From Nitrospirota bacterium (GTDB lineage: Bacteria > Nitrospirota > JACRHJ01): 64,000 nucleotides of DNA. A program made the translations under genes and the position numbers. Below, in pieces: positions 46,545-57,657 of this stretch; position 1 is the first letter of the stretch, and the number at the start of each line of letters is the position of its first letter. The DNA is taken from positions 16,703 through 80,702 of the forward strand of contig DAHWTK010000001.1 of NCBI GenBank assembly GCA_027328825.1. The letters run 5' to 3'. The notes below the pieces were generated by a model. It did no database searches. It saw only the letters and a program-made list of their open reading frames with translations, and had not been told where the DNA came from.

Positions 46545-47897
46545 TTACCTTTTCTCGATCCATTCTATGCCCTCCGGTTGCTTATATTTTATGGTGTCCC
46601 GCGTGGACTCTATCACCCCGGAGAACCAGCCGTCGTCATCCCAGAATACGCCTTCCGGCAAAAGCACGCGGATAAGCCTCTTTTTCGCCATGCCGCCGCC
46701 CAGCCTTATCGTCCCGAAATCCCGCACCCTCTTTTTTGCCGGATCTCCCGGAAAAAGCAATACGCGCACGTCGGCCTGTTCGCTGCCGCCGGACGCGTTT
46801 TCGACGCCGATGGTATAAATCCCGCGCGCGCCGCATGGGACGGTAAGCGTCTCCCTACCGCCGGAGCCGGTAATTTTAAATTCTTCGTCCCTCTCCTTCC
46901 CCGCGTCTCCCTTGCCGGGATACGGGCGCCAGGAGGCGTTCAGCCTGAACTCGCCCCCTTCGGAGCGAGTTACACAAACCGCCATGTCAGCCGGGCTTAA
47001 ATTAAGGTCCGTGCAGTTCAAGGGGCTTTTAAACTCTATGCCGGTCTCCGGGGCGGCCTCAAGCGCGGCATGTCGAAACACGGGTTTACCGGAAATCCCC
47101 GCCGTCATCGACTTCATACCGGCGTACGCCTCTTGCCCTCCTTCCGGAACTCCGCTTGTGACGTCTGCAAAGGGAGTGGACGAAGACATGGCGGCAAAGG
47201 CCGGTTTGTTTACAGGGCCGGGGCCGCCTCCGCCTGCCGGAAAGACTGCGTCCGATGTCCATACCGCAAACGCAGGCGCACCGGCGCCGGATTTGCTGTC
47301 TATCCGGGCCGTATAAATTTCCCCGGTTCCTTCGGCTCCGCCGTTTCCCGCGGGGATTTTTCCGCTTCCCGGAATTTTAATGACTGCCGGAGATAATTCC
47401 GGCTCCACGCCTGTCACCGATGAAAAGGCGGAAACGGGCCTGACCCCCATACCATCATCCCCGGTTTCGACAGGAAGTCCGCCGCCGTATGATTTTATGT
47501 CTCCCGCACCCGGAATAGGGATATTTTCCTTCACGGAGGCAGGCATGCTCGCCGATGCGGAAAGGTCTGGTTCCGGTATGTCGGGGGTGGGGATATTATG
47601 CGCGGGCCTGTCCTTCGGCGCATAAGTCAGGGGTTTGCGCGCGGCCTTGGAAACCCTGCGCACGGCGGGCTTCGGGGCGGGAATCCGTTCGCTTTTCACC
47701 CGCCGGGGAGGCGTTTTTTTCTCATGCACAAGATCGACATATGCGATATTTATCTTCGGAGGGTTACGCACAAAATCGGTAATCGCGGGGGCCAAGACGA
47801 CCGCCGCGGAATGAAAGGCAAGGGATACGGCGAAAAAAATGGAAAGCCTTTTCCCGCCCTTCGCCCTGGTTATCCTTTTTCCTGCGTATCCGGCCAT
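46545..47897 (-). CDS. hypothetical membrane-anchored Pro/Gly/Ala-rich protein (last gene of the Tad locus)
   Basis: 450 aa; one N-terminal TM helix then low-complexity P/G/A/S-rich region; start uncertain (overlaps DUF192 gene end). Confidence 0.4.
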   Translation of the reverse strand: MAGYAGKRITRAKGGKRLSIFFAVSLAFHSAAVVLAPAITDFVRNPPKINIAYVDLVHEKKTPPRRVKSERIPAPKPAVRRVSKAARKPLTYAPKDRPAHNIPTPDIPEPDLSASASMPASVKENIPIPGAGDIKSYGGGLPVETGDDGMGVRPVSAFSSVTGVEPELSPAVIKIPGSGKIPAGNGGAEGTGEIYTARIDSKSGAGAPAFAVWTSDAVFPAGGGGPGPVNKPAFAAMSSSTPFADVTSGVPEGGQEAYAGMKSMTAGISGKPVFRHAALEAAPETGIEFKSPLNCTDLNLSPADMAVCVTRSEGGEFRLNASWRPYPGKGDAGKERDEEFKITGSGGRETLTVPCGARGIYTIGVENASGGSEQADVRVLLFPGDPAKKRVRDFGTIRLGGGMAKKRLIRVLLPEGVFWDDDGWFSGVIESTRDTIKYKQPEGIEWIEKR

Positions 47898-48241
47898 GGA
47901 GGTAGTTCCGCGAATGCAAGCTCGTCTCCAGGCTCAACGCCGGCAAGGCTTCCCGCCGCGGCCTCTATGACGCCCTTTGCGCGCGGATAAATCCTCGACA
48001 GCCTGCCCGGCCCTATGCCCCTGACTACGCCGACGGCCTTTCTGTCCCGGTCGTAGAATACCGCGTCTATCGGGAATCTCATCCCGAAGGTGTGTATGGA
48101 GATGCAAGGCGATATTACAAGCGCCTGCCCGTCCGGAAGGCCATTCTTTCCGAGGAGCCCCGTAAGCCGGGCGAGGAAGTTCTCCGCATAAAAAACCTCG
48201 CGGGCTATGCAGGAATTTTTTGTCCGGTCGAATATCATCAT
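47870..48241 (-). CDS. DUF192 domain protein
   Basis: 123 aa; ...ALVISPCISIHTFGMRFPIDAVFYD... matches the DUF192 pattern often found in tad loci. Confidence 0.55.
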   Translation of the reverse strand: MMIFDRTKNSCIAREVFYAENFLARLTGLLGKNGLPDGQALVISPCISIHTFGMRFPIDAVFYDRDRKAVGVVRGIGPGRLSRIYPRAKGVIEAAAGSLAGVEPGDELAFAELPPWPDTQEKG

Positions 48242-49161
48242 TTTTTTACCACCTTCAAGAACGTATCATATATCTGTATCATGGCCGGGCCGAGGATAAT
48301 CACCATGAGCGCCGGGAATATGCAGAACGCGAGCGGGAAGACCATCTTTATGGTCGTCTTCGCAGCCGCCTCCTCGGCAATCTGCCGGCGCTTCGTCCTG
48401 AGAGAATCCGAATGCACCCGGAGCGAACGGGCGAGGCTTGCGCCGAATTTCTCCGTCTGCACCAGTAGCGCCGCGAGCGACCTTATGTCTTCAACGCCGG
48501 TGCGCTCTCCCATATCCCGAAGCGCGTCCATCCGTGGCTTTCCGGCCCTTACCTCCGTGCTCGCGATCCTGAATTCCTGCGCCAGCACATTATCACGAAA
48601 TTCCCCGACTATCCGAACTATGGCGGCATCCAGGCCAAGCCCCGCTTCAACGCAGACCGTGAGAAGGTCGAGCACGTCCGGCAGCGCGTGGAATATTTCC
48701 GTCTGTCTCCGTTTTATCTTTTCGTTAAGCCATACGTTCGGAGCGAGGTAGACCAGAAACGCCGCCAATCCCGCCAGGACCATCGACGCAAAAAACTTGT
48801 GCAAGTGCGAAAGCGCAAACAGATAAAAGAGCAGAAAGGCCCCGGTTGCGGCAATAACCTTCACACCGGCGAATATCAGAATCGACGAATTTTTCCTGTA
48901 TCCCGCCCTTATCAGCATCACCTTGAGCTTCCTGCGGCTTTTCTCCGGCATGGGAACCTTTTCGCCCGCCATCATTACCGCTTTTTCCAGCGCCTTATCC
49001 ATCCCCTGATTCCTTTGCGCGGTCGGTTTCTTTTTCTTCTGCATTTCCCGAAGCCTGACGCCAACCTCGCCCGGCCTGGAAAAAAACAGCAGAAAAACCG
49101 CCAGCGCAACCAGGCAGACGGCAAGGAATACCGCCGCGGCTATAACCCCCGCAGTCGTCAT
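48238..49161 (-). CDS. tadC: Flp pilus assembly protein TadC (GspF-like membrane platform)
   Basis: 307 aa, N-terminal TM, T2SSF-type domain. Confidence 0.75.
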   Translation of the reverse strand: MTTAGVIAAAVFLAVCLVALAVFLLFFSRPGEVGVRLREMQKKKKPTAQRNQGMDKALEKAVMMAGEKVPMPEKSRRKLKVMLIRAGYRKNSSILIFAGVKVIAATGAFLLFYLFALSHLHKFFASMVLAGLAAFLVYLAPNVWLNEKIKRRQTEIFHALPDVLDLLTVCVEAGLGLDAAIVRIVGEFRDNVLAQEFRIASTEVRAGKPRMDALRDMGERTGVEDIRSLAALLVQTEKFGASLARSLRVHSDSLRTKRRQIAEEAAAKTTIKMVFPLAFCIFPALMVIILGPAMIQIYDTFLKVVKK

Positions 49162-49169
49162 TTCCGCAC

Positions 49170-50141
49170 CTATATTTGGATGTTTATAATTTTTCTTATC
49201 ATCAGAAATCCCGCGACCTGCAAGGCGAACGCCCCGATTATCATCGCCAGTCCCGATTTTGTATCGAAAAGCAATTTGATATATTTCGAATTCAGGACGC
49301 TAAGTATAATGAGCATGACTATCGGCAGGGCGGCGAGAACATAGCCGGACAGCCTTCCCTGGGCCGTATATACCCTTAGCTGCCTTAGAACCTTGAACCT
49401 GTCCCTTATCGTCATCGCAAGCTTTTCGAGTATCTCGGCCAGGTTTCCGCCGGTCTCCCTCTGCACGATTACAGCCGTGATGAAGAACCTCAAGTCGATA
49501 GACCGGGCGCTTCTCGTCATGTGCTCCAGCGCCTCCGGAAGGGGTATTCCGTAGCCCTGTTCTTCATACGCCAGCCTGAATATCCTCGATATCGGATCCG
49601 CCATTTCCTCCGATATTACGTAGAGTGCGCTTGTAAAGGAATGGCCTGCGCGGAGCGATCTCGCGGCCATATCCAGCGCCTCCGGGAGTTGATCGTCGAA
49701 TTTTTTGAACCGCGCGGCACGCTTCCTGAAGAGATACATAAACGGAATTGCGGCCAGGCCGGGCGCGAGCAGAAACGGGAGCATGGGGTTTCTGGCCGCT
49801 TTCAGACCAATAAGCGCACCCGCGGCGCCCAGGGCAAGGACCATAAGGGCGAAAGGCCCGACCCTGATCTTTACGCCGGCCTGCTCTATTAGAAGCTCAA
49901 GCCTTTGCGCGAGGGGCAGGTTATGCAGGAACCTGTGCAGGGCGGGTATCTGGCTCATGAGTTCGTCCTTCAGAAGCGTCGGCATTTCCTCTTCCGAAGG
50001 CTTCCTCATTGCTATGGACTGAAGGCGCTTTTTAATGTCGGTTTTCGCCTTCGCCTCCGGGCCCGACGTAAGGAGATAGCCCGCCGCAAAGAAGGCAAGA
50101 AACGCCGCGAACGCTGTAAACGCTATCAGGGCTGGTCCCAT
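49170..50141 (-). CDS. tadB: Flp pilus assembly protein TadB (GspF-like)
   Basis: 323 aa, T2SSF-type domain, TM helices at both ends. Confidence 0.75.
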   Translation of the reverse strand: MGPALIAFTAFAAFLAFFAAGYLLTSGPEAKAKTDIKKRLQSIAMRKPSEEEMPTLLKDELMSQIPALHRFLHNLPLAQRLELLIEQAGVKIRVGPFALMVLALGAAGALIGLKAARNPMLPFLLAPGLAAIPFMYLFRKRAARFKKFDDQLPEALDMAARSLRAGHSFTSALYVISEEMADPISRIFRLAYEEQGYGIPLPEALEHMTRSARSIDLRFFITAVIVQRETGGNLAEILEKLAMTIRDRFKVLRQLRVYTAQGRLSGYVLAALPIVMLIILSVLNSKYIKLLFDTKSGLAMIIGAFALQVAGFLMIRKIINIQI

Positions 50142-50151
50142 ACGGCCTCCG

Positions 50152-51489
50152 TCATTTTTCGAATATGCGATAGGAAAGCTCTGTCCCGGAGAGTTTTATC
50201 AGGTCGGCGAATTTAGGCCTTACGCCGGTCGGCTTCAGTTCGCCCAGCACTTCCCCGTCAGGCCCGATACCCTTTTTCTCGAAGACGAATATATCCTGCA
50301 TGACAATAACGCTGCCTTCCATGCCGGTAATCTCGGACAGCCTTGTCATCTTCCGTGTGCCATCGGCCATCCTTGAAAGCTGTATTACGATATTGACCGC
50401 CGCCGATATCTGCTCTTTTACCGCGCGCTCCGGCAGGTCCATCCCGGCCATAAGCACCATGGTCTCGAGGCGGGAGAGGCAATCCCTTGGGGAGTTCGCG
50501 TGGAGCGTGGAAAGCGAGCCGTCGTGTCCGGTATTCATGGCCTGGAGCATATCGAGGGCCTCTCCGCCCCTGACCTCGCCGACAATTATCCTGTCCGGGC
50601 GCATACGTAGCGAGTTCCGCACGAGGTCGCGCTGCGTAACGGCGCCCGCGCCCTCTATATTGGGCGGCCTTGTCTCAAGCCGGACGACGTGCTCCTGCTT
50701 CATCTGAAGCTCCGCAGAATCTTCAATCGTTATTATACGTTCGCTGTCCGGTATGAAGCCGGATAGGATGTTCAGGAGCGTGGTCTTTCCGGAGCCGGTG
50801 CCGCCGGAGATTATTATATTGAGCCTGGCCTTTACGGCTCCCATAAGCACGTCCGCGATCTCGGTTGTCAGCGTGCCTTTTTCCATCAGGTCGTCGACGC
50901 CAAGCGGCCTGGAGCCGAAACGTCGGATCGAGAGCGCGGGCCCGTCGAGCGCGAGCGGAGGGATGATGGCGTTTATACGGGAGCCGTCCGGGAGCCGGGC
51001 GTCAACCATCGGCGATGACTCGTCTATCCTGCGACCGACCTTCGACACAATCCTGTCTATTATCTGCATCAGATGGGCGTCATCCCTGAAAGTCACGTCC
51101 GTCTTGTATAGCTTTCCCTTCCGCTCCACGTATATCTCTTTCGAGTTGTTCACGAGTATATCGTCAACCTCGCCGTCCGCGATAAGAGGCTCAAGAGGCC
51201 CAAGCCCGAATATCTCGTTCTGGACGTCCGTCAGGAGCCGTTCCTTTTCCGCCTGGGAGACCGGCACACCCTCGCCGTTTATAATCTCGTTCAGTATGAA
51301 TGTGATTTCGTTTTTGAGCTGCCCCTTCCCGATTACTTCGAGGTTATCGAGGTCAAGCCGCTCTATGAGGCTTCTGTGAATGCGCGATTTCAGCTCCTGG
51401 TATGTGTCCATGCCGTTTATCGGGGCAAGGACAGTTTTCCCGCTTATGCCGCCGTTTCCGTTTTCATTGGGATTTGCGTATCCGAACAT
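50152..51489 (-). CDS. cpaF: Flp pilus assembly ATPase CpaF/TadA
   Basis: 445 aa; Walker [13 protein letters not shown], Walker B/His box of VirB11/GspE-type secretion ATPases; GGAGG RBS. Confidence 0.9.
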   Translation of the reverse strand: MFGYANPNENGNGGISGKTVLAPINGMDTYQELKSRIHRSLIERLDLDNLEVIGKGQLKNEITFILNEIINGEGVPVSQAEKERLLTDVQNEIFGLGPLEPLIADGEVDDILVNNSKEIYVERKGKLYKTDVTFRDDAHLMQIIDRIVSKVGRRIDESSPMVDARLPDGSRINAIIPPLALDGPALSIRRFGSRPLGVDDLMEKGTLTTEIADVLMGAVKARLNIIISGGTGSGKTTLLNILSGFIPDSERIITIEDSAELQMKQEHVVRLETRPPNIEGAGAVTQRDLVRNSLRMRPDRIIVGEVRGGEALDMLQAMNTGHDGSLSTLHANSPRDCLSRLETMVLMAGMDLPERAVKEQISAAVNIVIQLSRMADGTRKMTRLSEITGMEGSVIVMQDIFVFEKKGIGPDGEVLGELKPTGVRPKFADLIKLSGTELSYRIFEK

Positions 51490-51505
51490 GGCGCCTCCGC
51501 AGAAT

Positions 51506-52681
51506 TTATGCCGCCGCCTGGTGCGATGTCATCTCTTCGAGTCCCTTCGCTATGGTCAAAAACCCCCTGGCCGCGTCCGACGATGGGTAAAGCGACACCA
51601 TTGGCCGGCCCTTGTTCAGGGAATCCTCCGCCTCGTCGGGGGATTCCGGGACCTGCCACAGAACTTTCCTGGAAAACGTCTTCTCGGCGTCCTTCAGGCT
51701 TATCGGCCCCTTCTTTACAAACCGGTTCACGAGTATCTTCAGTCTGCCGCCCAGCCCCAGGCCGGAGAAATATTCGAGCGCCTTCTGCGTATTGCCTATA
51801 GACGGCAGGGTCAGGGCGCTCACGATAAGCAGTATGTCCGAACTTCTTATCGCCTGCACTGCGGCCTCGTCATAGCGCCTGCCCATATCCAGGACTACAA
51901 AATCGAACACCCGCTTCAACTGTTCCAGAACAGACGGCAGTTGCCGCCTGTCTATATCCACCATGTCGAATATCCTCGGCGGACAGGAAAGCAGGCTGAT
52001 ACCGGAGGAGTGGCGCGCGGCGATTGTCCGCAGGAACGAGTGGTCGAGCCTGGATGTGTTTCTCACCGCGTCCGCTATGGAATACCGGGGCCTCAGGTCC
52101 AGAAATACGTCGGCGCAGCCGCCTTCCAGGTCGAGGTCCGCAAGGAGCACTTCCTTGCCAGTCGTCTCCCTCAACGCGGCGGCGATGTTCACAGCCGCAG
52201 TCGTGCATCCGCTTCCGCCCTTTGAAGAAAAACACGCGATGACCTTGCCGGAACGCCGGGATTCCTTCGAGAATGTTCTCTCCAGTTTTTCCGCCGCGCG
52301 CAGAAGCTCCTCCCGTCTTACCGGCCTTGGGAGGAATTCGAGACATCCGCTCCTGATGGCCCGCAGGATATTGTCCGAGGAAGTATCCGAGGACGTGGCA
52401 ATGATTCCGGCGGTCGGGTTCTCGCGCGCAAGTCTCTCTATGAACCCGAAGGAAGACTGGCTGTTTATCTCGAGCTCGATTATTATCAGGCCCGGCTTGG
52501 TCTTGAGTATAAGCTCGTGCGCGGCGAAAAGGTCGTGAGCCTCCCCCGCTATCTTCCAGCCCGAAGACTCGGCCAGATATTCCCTGATATATGCCGCCTG
52601 CGCAGAGTCCGAATCTATTATCACTGCCGTGAGATTGCTCATGGAATTTCTTCCTCCTGCTTTGGTTGATGCGCCGTTCAA
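51506..52681 (-). CDS. cpaE: CpaE/TadZ: pseudo-receiver + MinD/ParA-like ATPase
   Basis: N-terminal REC-like fold with Glu where the phospho-Asp is expected (IIIELEI); deviant Walker [10 protein letters not shown]; ORF-track start is TTG, an ATG at about 52642 with AGGAGG RBS is the likely start. Confidence 0.75.
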   Translation of the reverse strand: MNGASTKAGGRNSMSNLTAVIIDSDSAQAAYIREYLAESSGWKIAGEAHDLFAAHELILKTKPGLIIIELEINSQSSFGFIERLARENPTAGIIATSSDTSSDNILRAIRSGCLEFLPRPVRREELLRAAEKLERTFSKESRRSGKVIACFSSKGGSGCTTAAVNIAAALRETTGKEVLLADLDLEGGCADVFLDLRPRYSIADAVRNTSRLDHSFLRTIAARHSSGISLLSCPPRIFDMVDIDRRQLPSVLEQLKRVFDFVVLDMGRRYDEAAVQAIRSSDILLIVSALTLPSIGNTQKALEYFSGLGLGGRLKILVNRFVKKGPISLKDAEKTFSRKVLWQVPESPDEAEDSLNKGRPMVSLYPSSDAARGFLTIAKGLEEMTSHQAAA

Positions 52682-54138
52682 TATCCTGCGTTGTCTACGA
52701 CAAGGCCAGGGTCCACCAGCCTCACGTTCGCGTTGTTGTCTTCCATCTGCTGTATAAGCGGCAGGAAGTCCTGGCAGTATGGCGTCGGATTCGAAGGAGT
52801 CGGCTGGACGATGTACGGGTCCGCCTGGCCCGGCACGCCTGTCGGCACCGCGTGGCCGTAGCAGGTATTACCGCTTGGGCCAAGGCCTGGCACCGGATTG
52901 CCCGATGCGCCGCCGTCCGCATATCCGTCCACCTCTATCACGCCGTAGCCTACCACTGTAGTTACAGAAGGCGTGGAACAACCCGTCTTTCCCGTCCCTT
53001 TCTGAGTACACCCGTCGCATACCATTATAATAAATCTCGAACCCCGCGGCCATCGCTGGCAAAAAGTCTGTCCGTTATTGCCGACACTGCTACAGTCTTC
53101 ATTGCCGCTGCTGGAAAAATGCGGGATGGTAGCATAAGGGGCGTTGGAAGGACTGGACGGATAATTATTGAACGCTGTCGTCTGACCGATGGGAAAGCCG
53201 GAGTCATAGGGCTCATATACGGCGTTCGGCAAAATCATGCCCGAAGGTACGCCGGTTAAGAGATAAGGAACATTGGCAGTTTTCTCGTCATCGACCTGGC
53301 CGTTATTAACACATGGAATCATCGTTGTCATATTGCCAAAATTAGAACAGGTCTCACTCCCATCGGAACTTGCCGCATACCAGTGTGTTTCTGAGCCGGG
53401 AGAGGGAATACCAGGATTGTATTCATCGCATCTCCACGAAAGGTCCGCGAACGCATTGTAGTTGTTTGGGCTAACAGACCCCGGTGCGTACACATTGCAA
53501 CCCGACCCGAGAACGGCAAATGTCTGGCCCGCGAGGCCGGTAGAACCGTCCACATCCGTCTGCCGCATATAGCTTTCCGGGTATGGATTGGTTCCCTGCC
53601 AGTATTCATTTACGACTATAGGAAGCAGCTTGGCGGGTTCCCGGACGGCCACCGCCGCAGCCTCTACCCCTGTCTCGTCAAACAGACCTGTAGCTGACAG
53701 CACCTTTATCAGCCAGTTCCGAACCATCGGCTGGTCGCTTGACGCTCCTGTTCTCCTGGCGATAACCTCGACGGCGTTCTCAGGAGAACCTCCCTGTGTA
53801 AAGGTCGTTCCGGTATAGCTCCCGAGGATAATGTCGGGTGGCCCTGAAGCAAGAGACACCGGCATCGGCGCTCCGGCACTGGCGGAGCCAGCCGGATATA
53901 CATCCGCGAAGTTCCGGCCCGCCACGGTTCGCGCCGAGCCAACCGGGTCCGAGTCGAGGGCCGCCGCACCGGCCAGCGCGGCGGCATCCGCGGCAAGCTG
54001 AAGCTGGCTCTTTACGCCGTAGAGGTGCGTAACGTCAAGTGCCAGGCCCGCCATCGCCGTCAGGACTATCAGCGAGAGGGCGAAGAAAACCAGCACGCTT
54101 CCCTTTTTCTCCGAGAATATACCGAGCATTTTTTTCAT
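52678..54138 (-). CDS. TadG-like pilus-associated protein (TadE-like N-terminal segment, large Gly/Ser/Pro-rich body)
   Basis: 486 aa; N-terminal hydrophobic VLVFFALSLIVLTAMAGLALD...HLY motif of TadE/TadG pseudopilin-like proteins. Confidence 0.55.
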   Translation of the reverse strand: MKKMLGIFSEKKGSVLVFFALSLIVLTAMAGLALDVTHLYGVKSQLQLAADAAALAGAAALDSDPVGSARTVAGRNFADVYPAGSASAGAPMPVSLASGPPDIILGSYTGTTFTQGGSPENAVEVIARRTGASSDQPMVRNWLIKVLSATGLFDETGVEAAAVAVREPAKLLPIVVNEYWQGTNPYPESYMRQTDVDGSTGLAGQTFAVLGSGCNVYAPGSVSPNNYNAFADLSWRCDEYNPGIPSPGSETHWYAASSDGSETCSNFGNMTTMIPCVNNGQVDDEKTANVPYLLTGVPSGMILPNAVYEPYDSGFPIGQTTAFNNYPSSPSNAPYATIPHFSSSGNEDCSSVGNNGQTFCQRWPRGSRFIIMVCDGCTQKGTGKTGCSTPSVTTVVGYGVIEVDGYADGGASGNPVPGLGPSGNTCYGHAVPTGVPGQADPYIVQPTPSNPTPYCQDFLPLIQQMEDNNANVRLVDPGLVVDNAGY

Positions 54139-54139
54139 T

Positions 54140-55834
54140 TTATTTAAGTTTCAATGGTTCCGTTGAGATCGAATTGGGAAGCCCCGGAATGAACTGGAGC
54201 GCCTTTTTCTGTTCGGGCGTCGGCTCGTTCGCGCCCGGTATGGAAGGCGTGACGCCCGGAGCCATCGCCTTTGCGAGTTTCGGCGTTATAAAGAACACAA
54301 GCTCCCTCTCGTTCCTTGTCAGGGCCTGGTCCCTGAAGAAAGCGCCGATTATGGGTATGTCTCCCAGCAGTGGAACCTTGTCGAGAGTCCTCGTCCAGTC
54401 CTCGCTTAAAAGCCCGCCGACAACGAACGTCTCGCCGTCTTTTAGCTCCACGTTCGTGTTGATATGGTCTTCCTTCAGCGCAGGTATCTTGAACCCGTTG
54501 AACAGCACTGCGTCGGCATAATCGAGCGAGCTCACCTCTATGCCGCAGTTATCCTCGCCGTTCCCGGGGTAATTGCCATCCCTTGTCCTGTTGTTTTCCA
54601 TGTTTATTTCTATGTTGCCGTCTTCTTTTACGACTGGCTTCATGTTCATCATGACGCCGAACTTCTTCCAGACTACGCTGATGGACAGTCCGTTACTCGC
54701 GCTACCGCCTATATTGCCGCTCTGGACGACCGGCACCGGGAACTCTCCGCCCGCAAGAAACGACCCCACTTCGCCGTCCCGCACAAGCAGATCAGGCGAT
54801 GCGAGCACCCTGGCCAGCCCCTTTGTCGCCAGGGCCTGGATGAGATACTGTGTCCCGCTCGGGCTGTGGACTACCCCTATGTTAGCCCCGTTTATGCCGG
54901 TAGTCGTAAGCGGCAGGTCGTGCGAGCCGGAGACAAGGCTGTTGATGGCGGTCAGTCCCGGGGAGACGGGCGCGATTGCGCTGTCTATGGTGACATTTCT
55001 TCCCGCGTACGCCCAGTTTATGCCCAGGTTCCTGAGGGCGTTTCTGTCTATCGACGCAACGGTTATCTGGAGGTCTATCTCGGGGGCGTTGGCGACCTCG
55101 AGCAGGTCTACGTATTTTATTGTCTTGTCGTCGGGGTTGCCGTTATTTCTCTGCGTTTCGCGCGTCTGGCCGCCCTGGAGGAAATCGAGTTCCTTGCTCT
55201 TCACGTTATAGGCGACGGACTTGAGCACGTTGTCTATGCGCGCCCTGCGCTCCTGCGTGGACACGCTGCCGGTGACGATGATGGTCGTGCCCAGTGTCTT
55301 TATGTTTATGTGGGACGCGTCGTCCCTGGCGATTGCGTCTATCGCCGCCTTGAGGTCAGTCGTGTCCATTACGACGTTGACGTCGAAGAACTGTTTGTGC
55401 TCGTCCTTGTCCCAGACGATGAGCGTCGCCTTGCCGGGATACTCTCCGTCGATTTTTATCTCGGTTTTGCCGCCGGAACTGTCCGGGGCCGCAGGCGGGT
55501 CGGACGCCTTTACAAGCATTTTTTTAAAGACGGGATGGTCCGGAACGGCGTAAATGACTTGTACGAGGGCAGGGCTTTTCGGCTCGGCGTTTTTCTCTAT
55601 CTTTACGCCCTGGTTGGAGGAGTCTACCGATTGTTCCTGCACGGTTACTGAATATCTTTTTACCTGGTACGGCACCGTGAGTATGACGGATTCGCCTACG
55701 CGCACCTCCGTGTACACCCCGGCGAAGGACTTCGATGCGGAAAAGACCGCCGATAACAGCATTGGTATGAATACGATTGAAAAGACGTGCAGTCTTGAAT
55801 ACCTCGGTTTAACGCGCGTACGGTTCTCGCACAT
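54140..55834 (-). CDS. cpaC: Flp pilus secretin CpaC/RcpA
   Basis: 564 aa; signal peptide; C-terminal secretin domain ...VPLLGDIPIIGAFF... Confidence 0.85.
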   Translation of the reverse strand: MCENRTRVKPRYSRLHVFSIVFIPMLLSAVFSASKSFAGVYTEVRVGESVILTVPYQVKRYSVTVQEQSVDSSNQGVKIEKNAEPKSPALVQVIYAVPDHPVFKKMLVKASDPPAAPDSSGGKTEIKIDGEYPGKATLIVWDKDEHKQFFDVNVVMDTTDLKAAIDAIARDDASHINIKTLGTTIIVTGSVSTQERRARIDNVLKSVAYNVKSKELDFLQGGQTRETQRNNGNPDDKTIKYVDLLEVANAPEIDLQITVASIDRNALRNLGINWAYAGRNVTIDSAIAPVSPGLTAINSLVSGSHDLPLTTTGINGANIGVVHSPSGTQYLIQALATKGLARVLASPDLLVRDGEVGSFLAGGEFPVPVVQSGNIGGSASNGLSISVVWKKFGVMMNMKPVVKEDGNIEINMENNRTRDGNYPGNGEDNCGIEVSSLDYADAVLFNGFKIPALKEDHINTNVELKDGETFVVGGLLSEDWTRTLDKVPLLGDIPIIGAFFRDQALTRNERELVFFITPKLAKAMAPGVTPSIPGANEPTPEQKKALQFIPGLPNSISTEPLKLK

Positions 55835-55860
55835 TTAAAACGCCTCCTTTTTTATAACTT

Positions 55861-56742
55861 CTATCTGAACGATTCGTTGGTGCGAAGGCTCCCCTTTATT
55901 ACCTCTATGTTCACCTCCGGCGGACTTACCGTTCTCGCTGCGAGTATCGCGCCCCGCCTTCTCCCCGGACGGCCACTACGCCTGAAAACCGGGTGCTCCG
56001 GCTGGGGCGCGTCTCCTCCGAGAAGCGTCGCAACCGTTACGCCCTTCGTATTTGTGATGTCGCTGTCGCCCACGTGCCTTAAAATAAGCTGGACCTTGTT
56101 CTGGCTCGCCAGCGCCAGCTTCTCCGCGTCCTCGGGAGAAACGTCGAGCGTAACGGTCGGCACGGTCACCGGCTTGCCGCCCCTCTGCTCGAGTATCTGG
56201 CCGACAGCCAGCACGCGCACGTCCTGGAGCACAATCTTGCTTATAAGGTTTCTCCTGCCGTTCGGCCTGCCGTATGGCGACTCTACCGTCGCGACGACGT
56301 CCACCATGCTGTTCGGCAGAACGAACCCCGCTACCCCCACCACGTCGTTCACGGCGACGGTTATTGCCCTCTTCCCCGGCCTTATGATATAGCTCATTAC
56401 TCCCGCTCCGCCGTTTTGCGGGGCGAGGTTGGACTGAAGCACCGGCTCCCCCGCCGGGATGTGCGTTATGGAAAGCCTGCCTTCGACCGGCCTGATGTCC
56501 GCAAAGGAGCCGGCGGGCATATTATTCTTTGGCCAGTCCGCAAGCTTTACTTGTGCCGGATTAATCCTCGTCCCGAACGGTATATCCGACGCCGCTACCG
56601 CGACCTGCCGGATTTCGAGTTTTGCAAGCGTCGCCTCTTTTTCTTTTTTCGTCAGGTATCCGTAGACAAGGTAGGCCGACACGGAGGCCAGCACAAGGGC
56701 CGCCGCCGCGATAACGACTGTAATCCTTGATGGAAGGGCCAT
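55861..56742 (-). CDS. cpaB: Flp pilus assembly protein CpaB (SAF domain)
   Basis: N-terminal TM anchor then CpaB/RcpC-like domains; AGGAGGAATAGAG RBS fixes ATG at 56742 (the ORF-track entry extends to 56841). Confidence 0.75.
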   Translation of the reverse strand: MALPSRITVVIAAAALVLASVSAYLVYGYLTKKEKEATLAKLEIRQVAVAASDIPFGTRINPAQVKLADWPKNNMPAGSFADIRPVEGRLSITHIPAGEPVLQSNLAPQNGGAGVMSYIIRPGKRAITVAVNDVVGVAGFVLPNSMVDVVATVESPYGRPNGRRNLISKIVLQDVRVLAVGQILEQRGGKPVTVPTVTLDVSPEDAEKLALASQNKVQLILRHVGDSDITNTKGVTVATLLGGDAPQPEHPVFRRSGRPGRRRGAILAARTVSPPEVNIEVIKGSLRTNESFR

Positions 56743-56758
56743 CTCTATTCCTCCTTTT

Positions 56759-57211
56759 TCAGGTGCCGCTGTAATACATCGTCCCGGATCGCGAAAGCGT
56801 AAGGCTCGCAGGTATGGTCTTGCTGAAAAAAACCGAGACAATATAGCTGAATGCCTCCAGTACCGGGTCGCTGAATACGCACGATTCGATAACTGTAACT
56901 GTCGGCGGAGGAGTGGTACTGTTGATTGTTATAGTCGGTGTATTTAACGTTACGCCATAGGCTCCTCCGACCGGTACCGCCGAGGTCATTTGATTCTGCA
57001 CGTAGGTGGCGACATTGCTCTGAAAACTGGCGTCGTTGGGAAGTTCTGTCGCATACCGCACCCCGGCGCGCACGGCGTTTTCCAGGGCGTTGTCGTAATA
57101 CCACGCCCGTGCGAACTCCGCCACCCCTACGACAAACACCATAAGGACAACGGATACGAGCGCGAACTCCACAAGGGCCTGCCCTCCGTTATTCCTCAGC
57201 CTGTCCATCAC
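56759..57211 (-). CDS. TadE/TadF-like pseudopilin
   Basis: 150 aa; GQALVEFALV...VGV.EFAR.WYY TadE-like N-terminus. Confidence 0.7.
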   Translation of the reverse strand: MMDRLRNNGGQALVEFALVSVVLMVFVVGVAEFARAWYYDNALENAVRAGVRYATELPNDASFQSNVATYVQNQMTSAVPVGGAYGVTLNTPTITINSTTPPPTVTVIESCVFSDPVLEAFSYIVSVFFSKTIPASLTLSRSGTMYYSGT

Positions 57212-57657
57212 GAGCCGCCTTCGTAAGTGATGCTCGCCGTGCGGGTTATCGGGATAGTCCCGCTGAAACCCGGTATTATCGTCCCGGCCAGCACATCGAA
57301 ACTATACGTCGCCGAGACCACTATGGTCTCTCCGTATGTGCCTTCGTTCGGCGACGGGAGGATGGTGGTGGCTACTGACGTCAGGCCAGCTGGCGGCAGA
57401 TAGGTATCTATCCTTGCCGCAGCGTAAGTCTCCGTCGAACTCACTATGGCGGCAGGGTCCGGCAGGACGGCGCCGTAGCGTGCGGCGGCCCTGACGGAGT
57501 TCGAAAGGTGTGTCGAGTAATACCAGTAGCGCCCGAATTCCACCACTCCGAAAATAAGCGCGAAGAAGAACATGGAGACCAGCGCGAACTCCACTATCGC
57601 CTGGCCGGAATTTCCGGGAATCTTTTTTCGCGGAGCCGATATCATCATTATGGCCAC
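57208..57657 (-). CDS. TadE/TadF-like pseudopilin (second copy)
   Basis: 149 aa; GQAIVEFALVS...VVEFGRYWYY; ORF-track start is GTG, alternative ATG 9 nt downstream. Confidence 0.7.
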   Translation of the reverse strand: MAIMMISAPRKKIPGNSGQAIVEFALVSMFFFALIFGVVEFGRYWYYSTHLSNSVRAAARYGAVLPDPAAIVSSTETYAAARIDTYLPPAGLTSVATTILPSPNEGTYGETIVVSATYSFDVLAGTIIPGFSGTIPITRTASITYEGGS

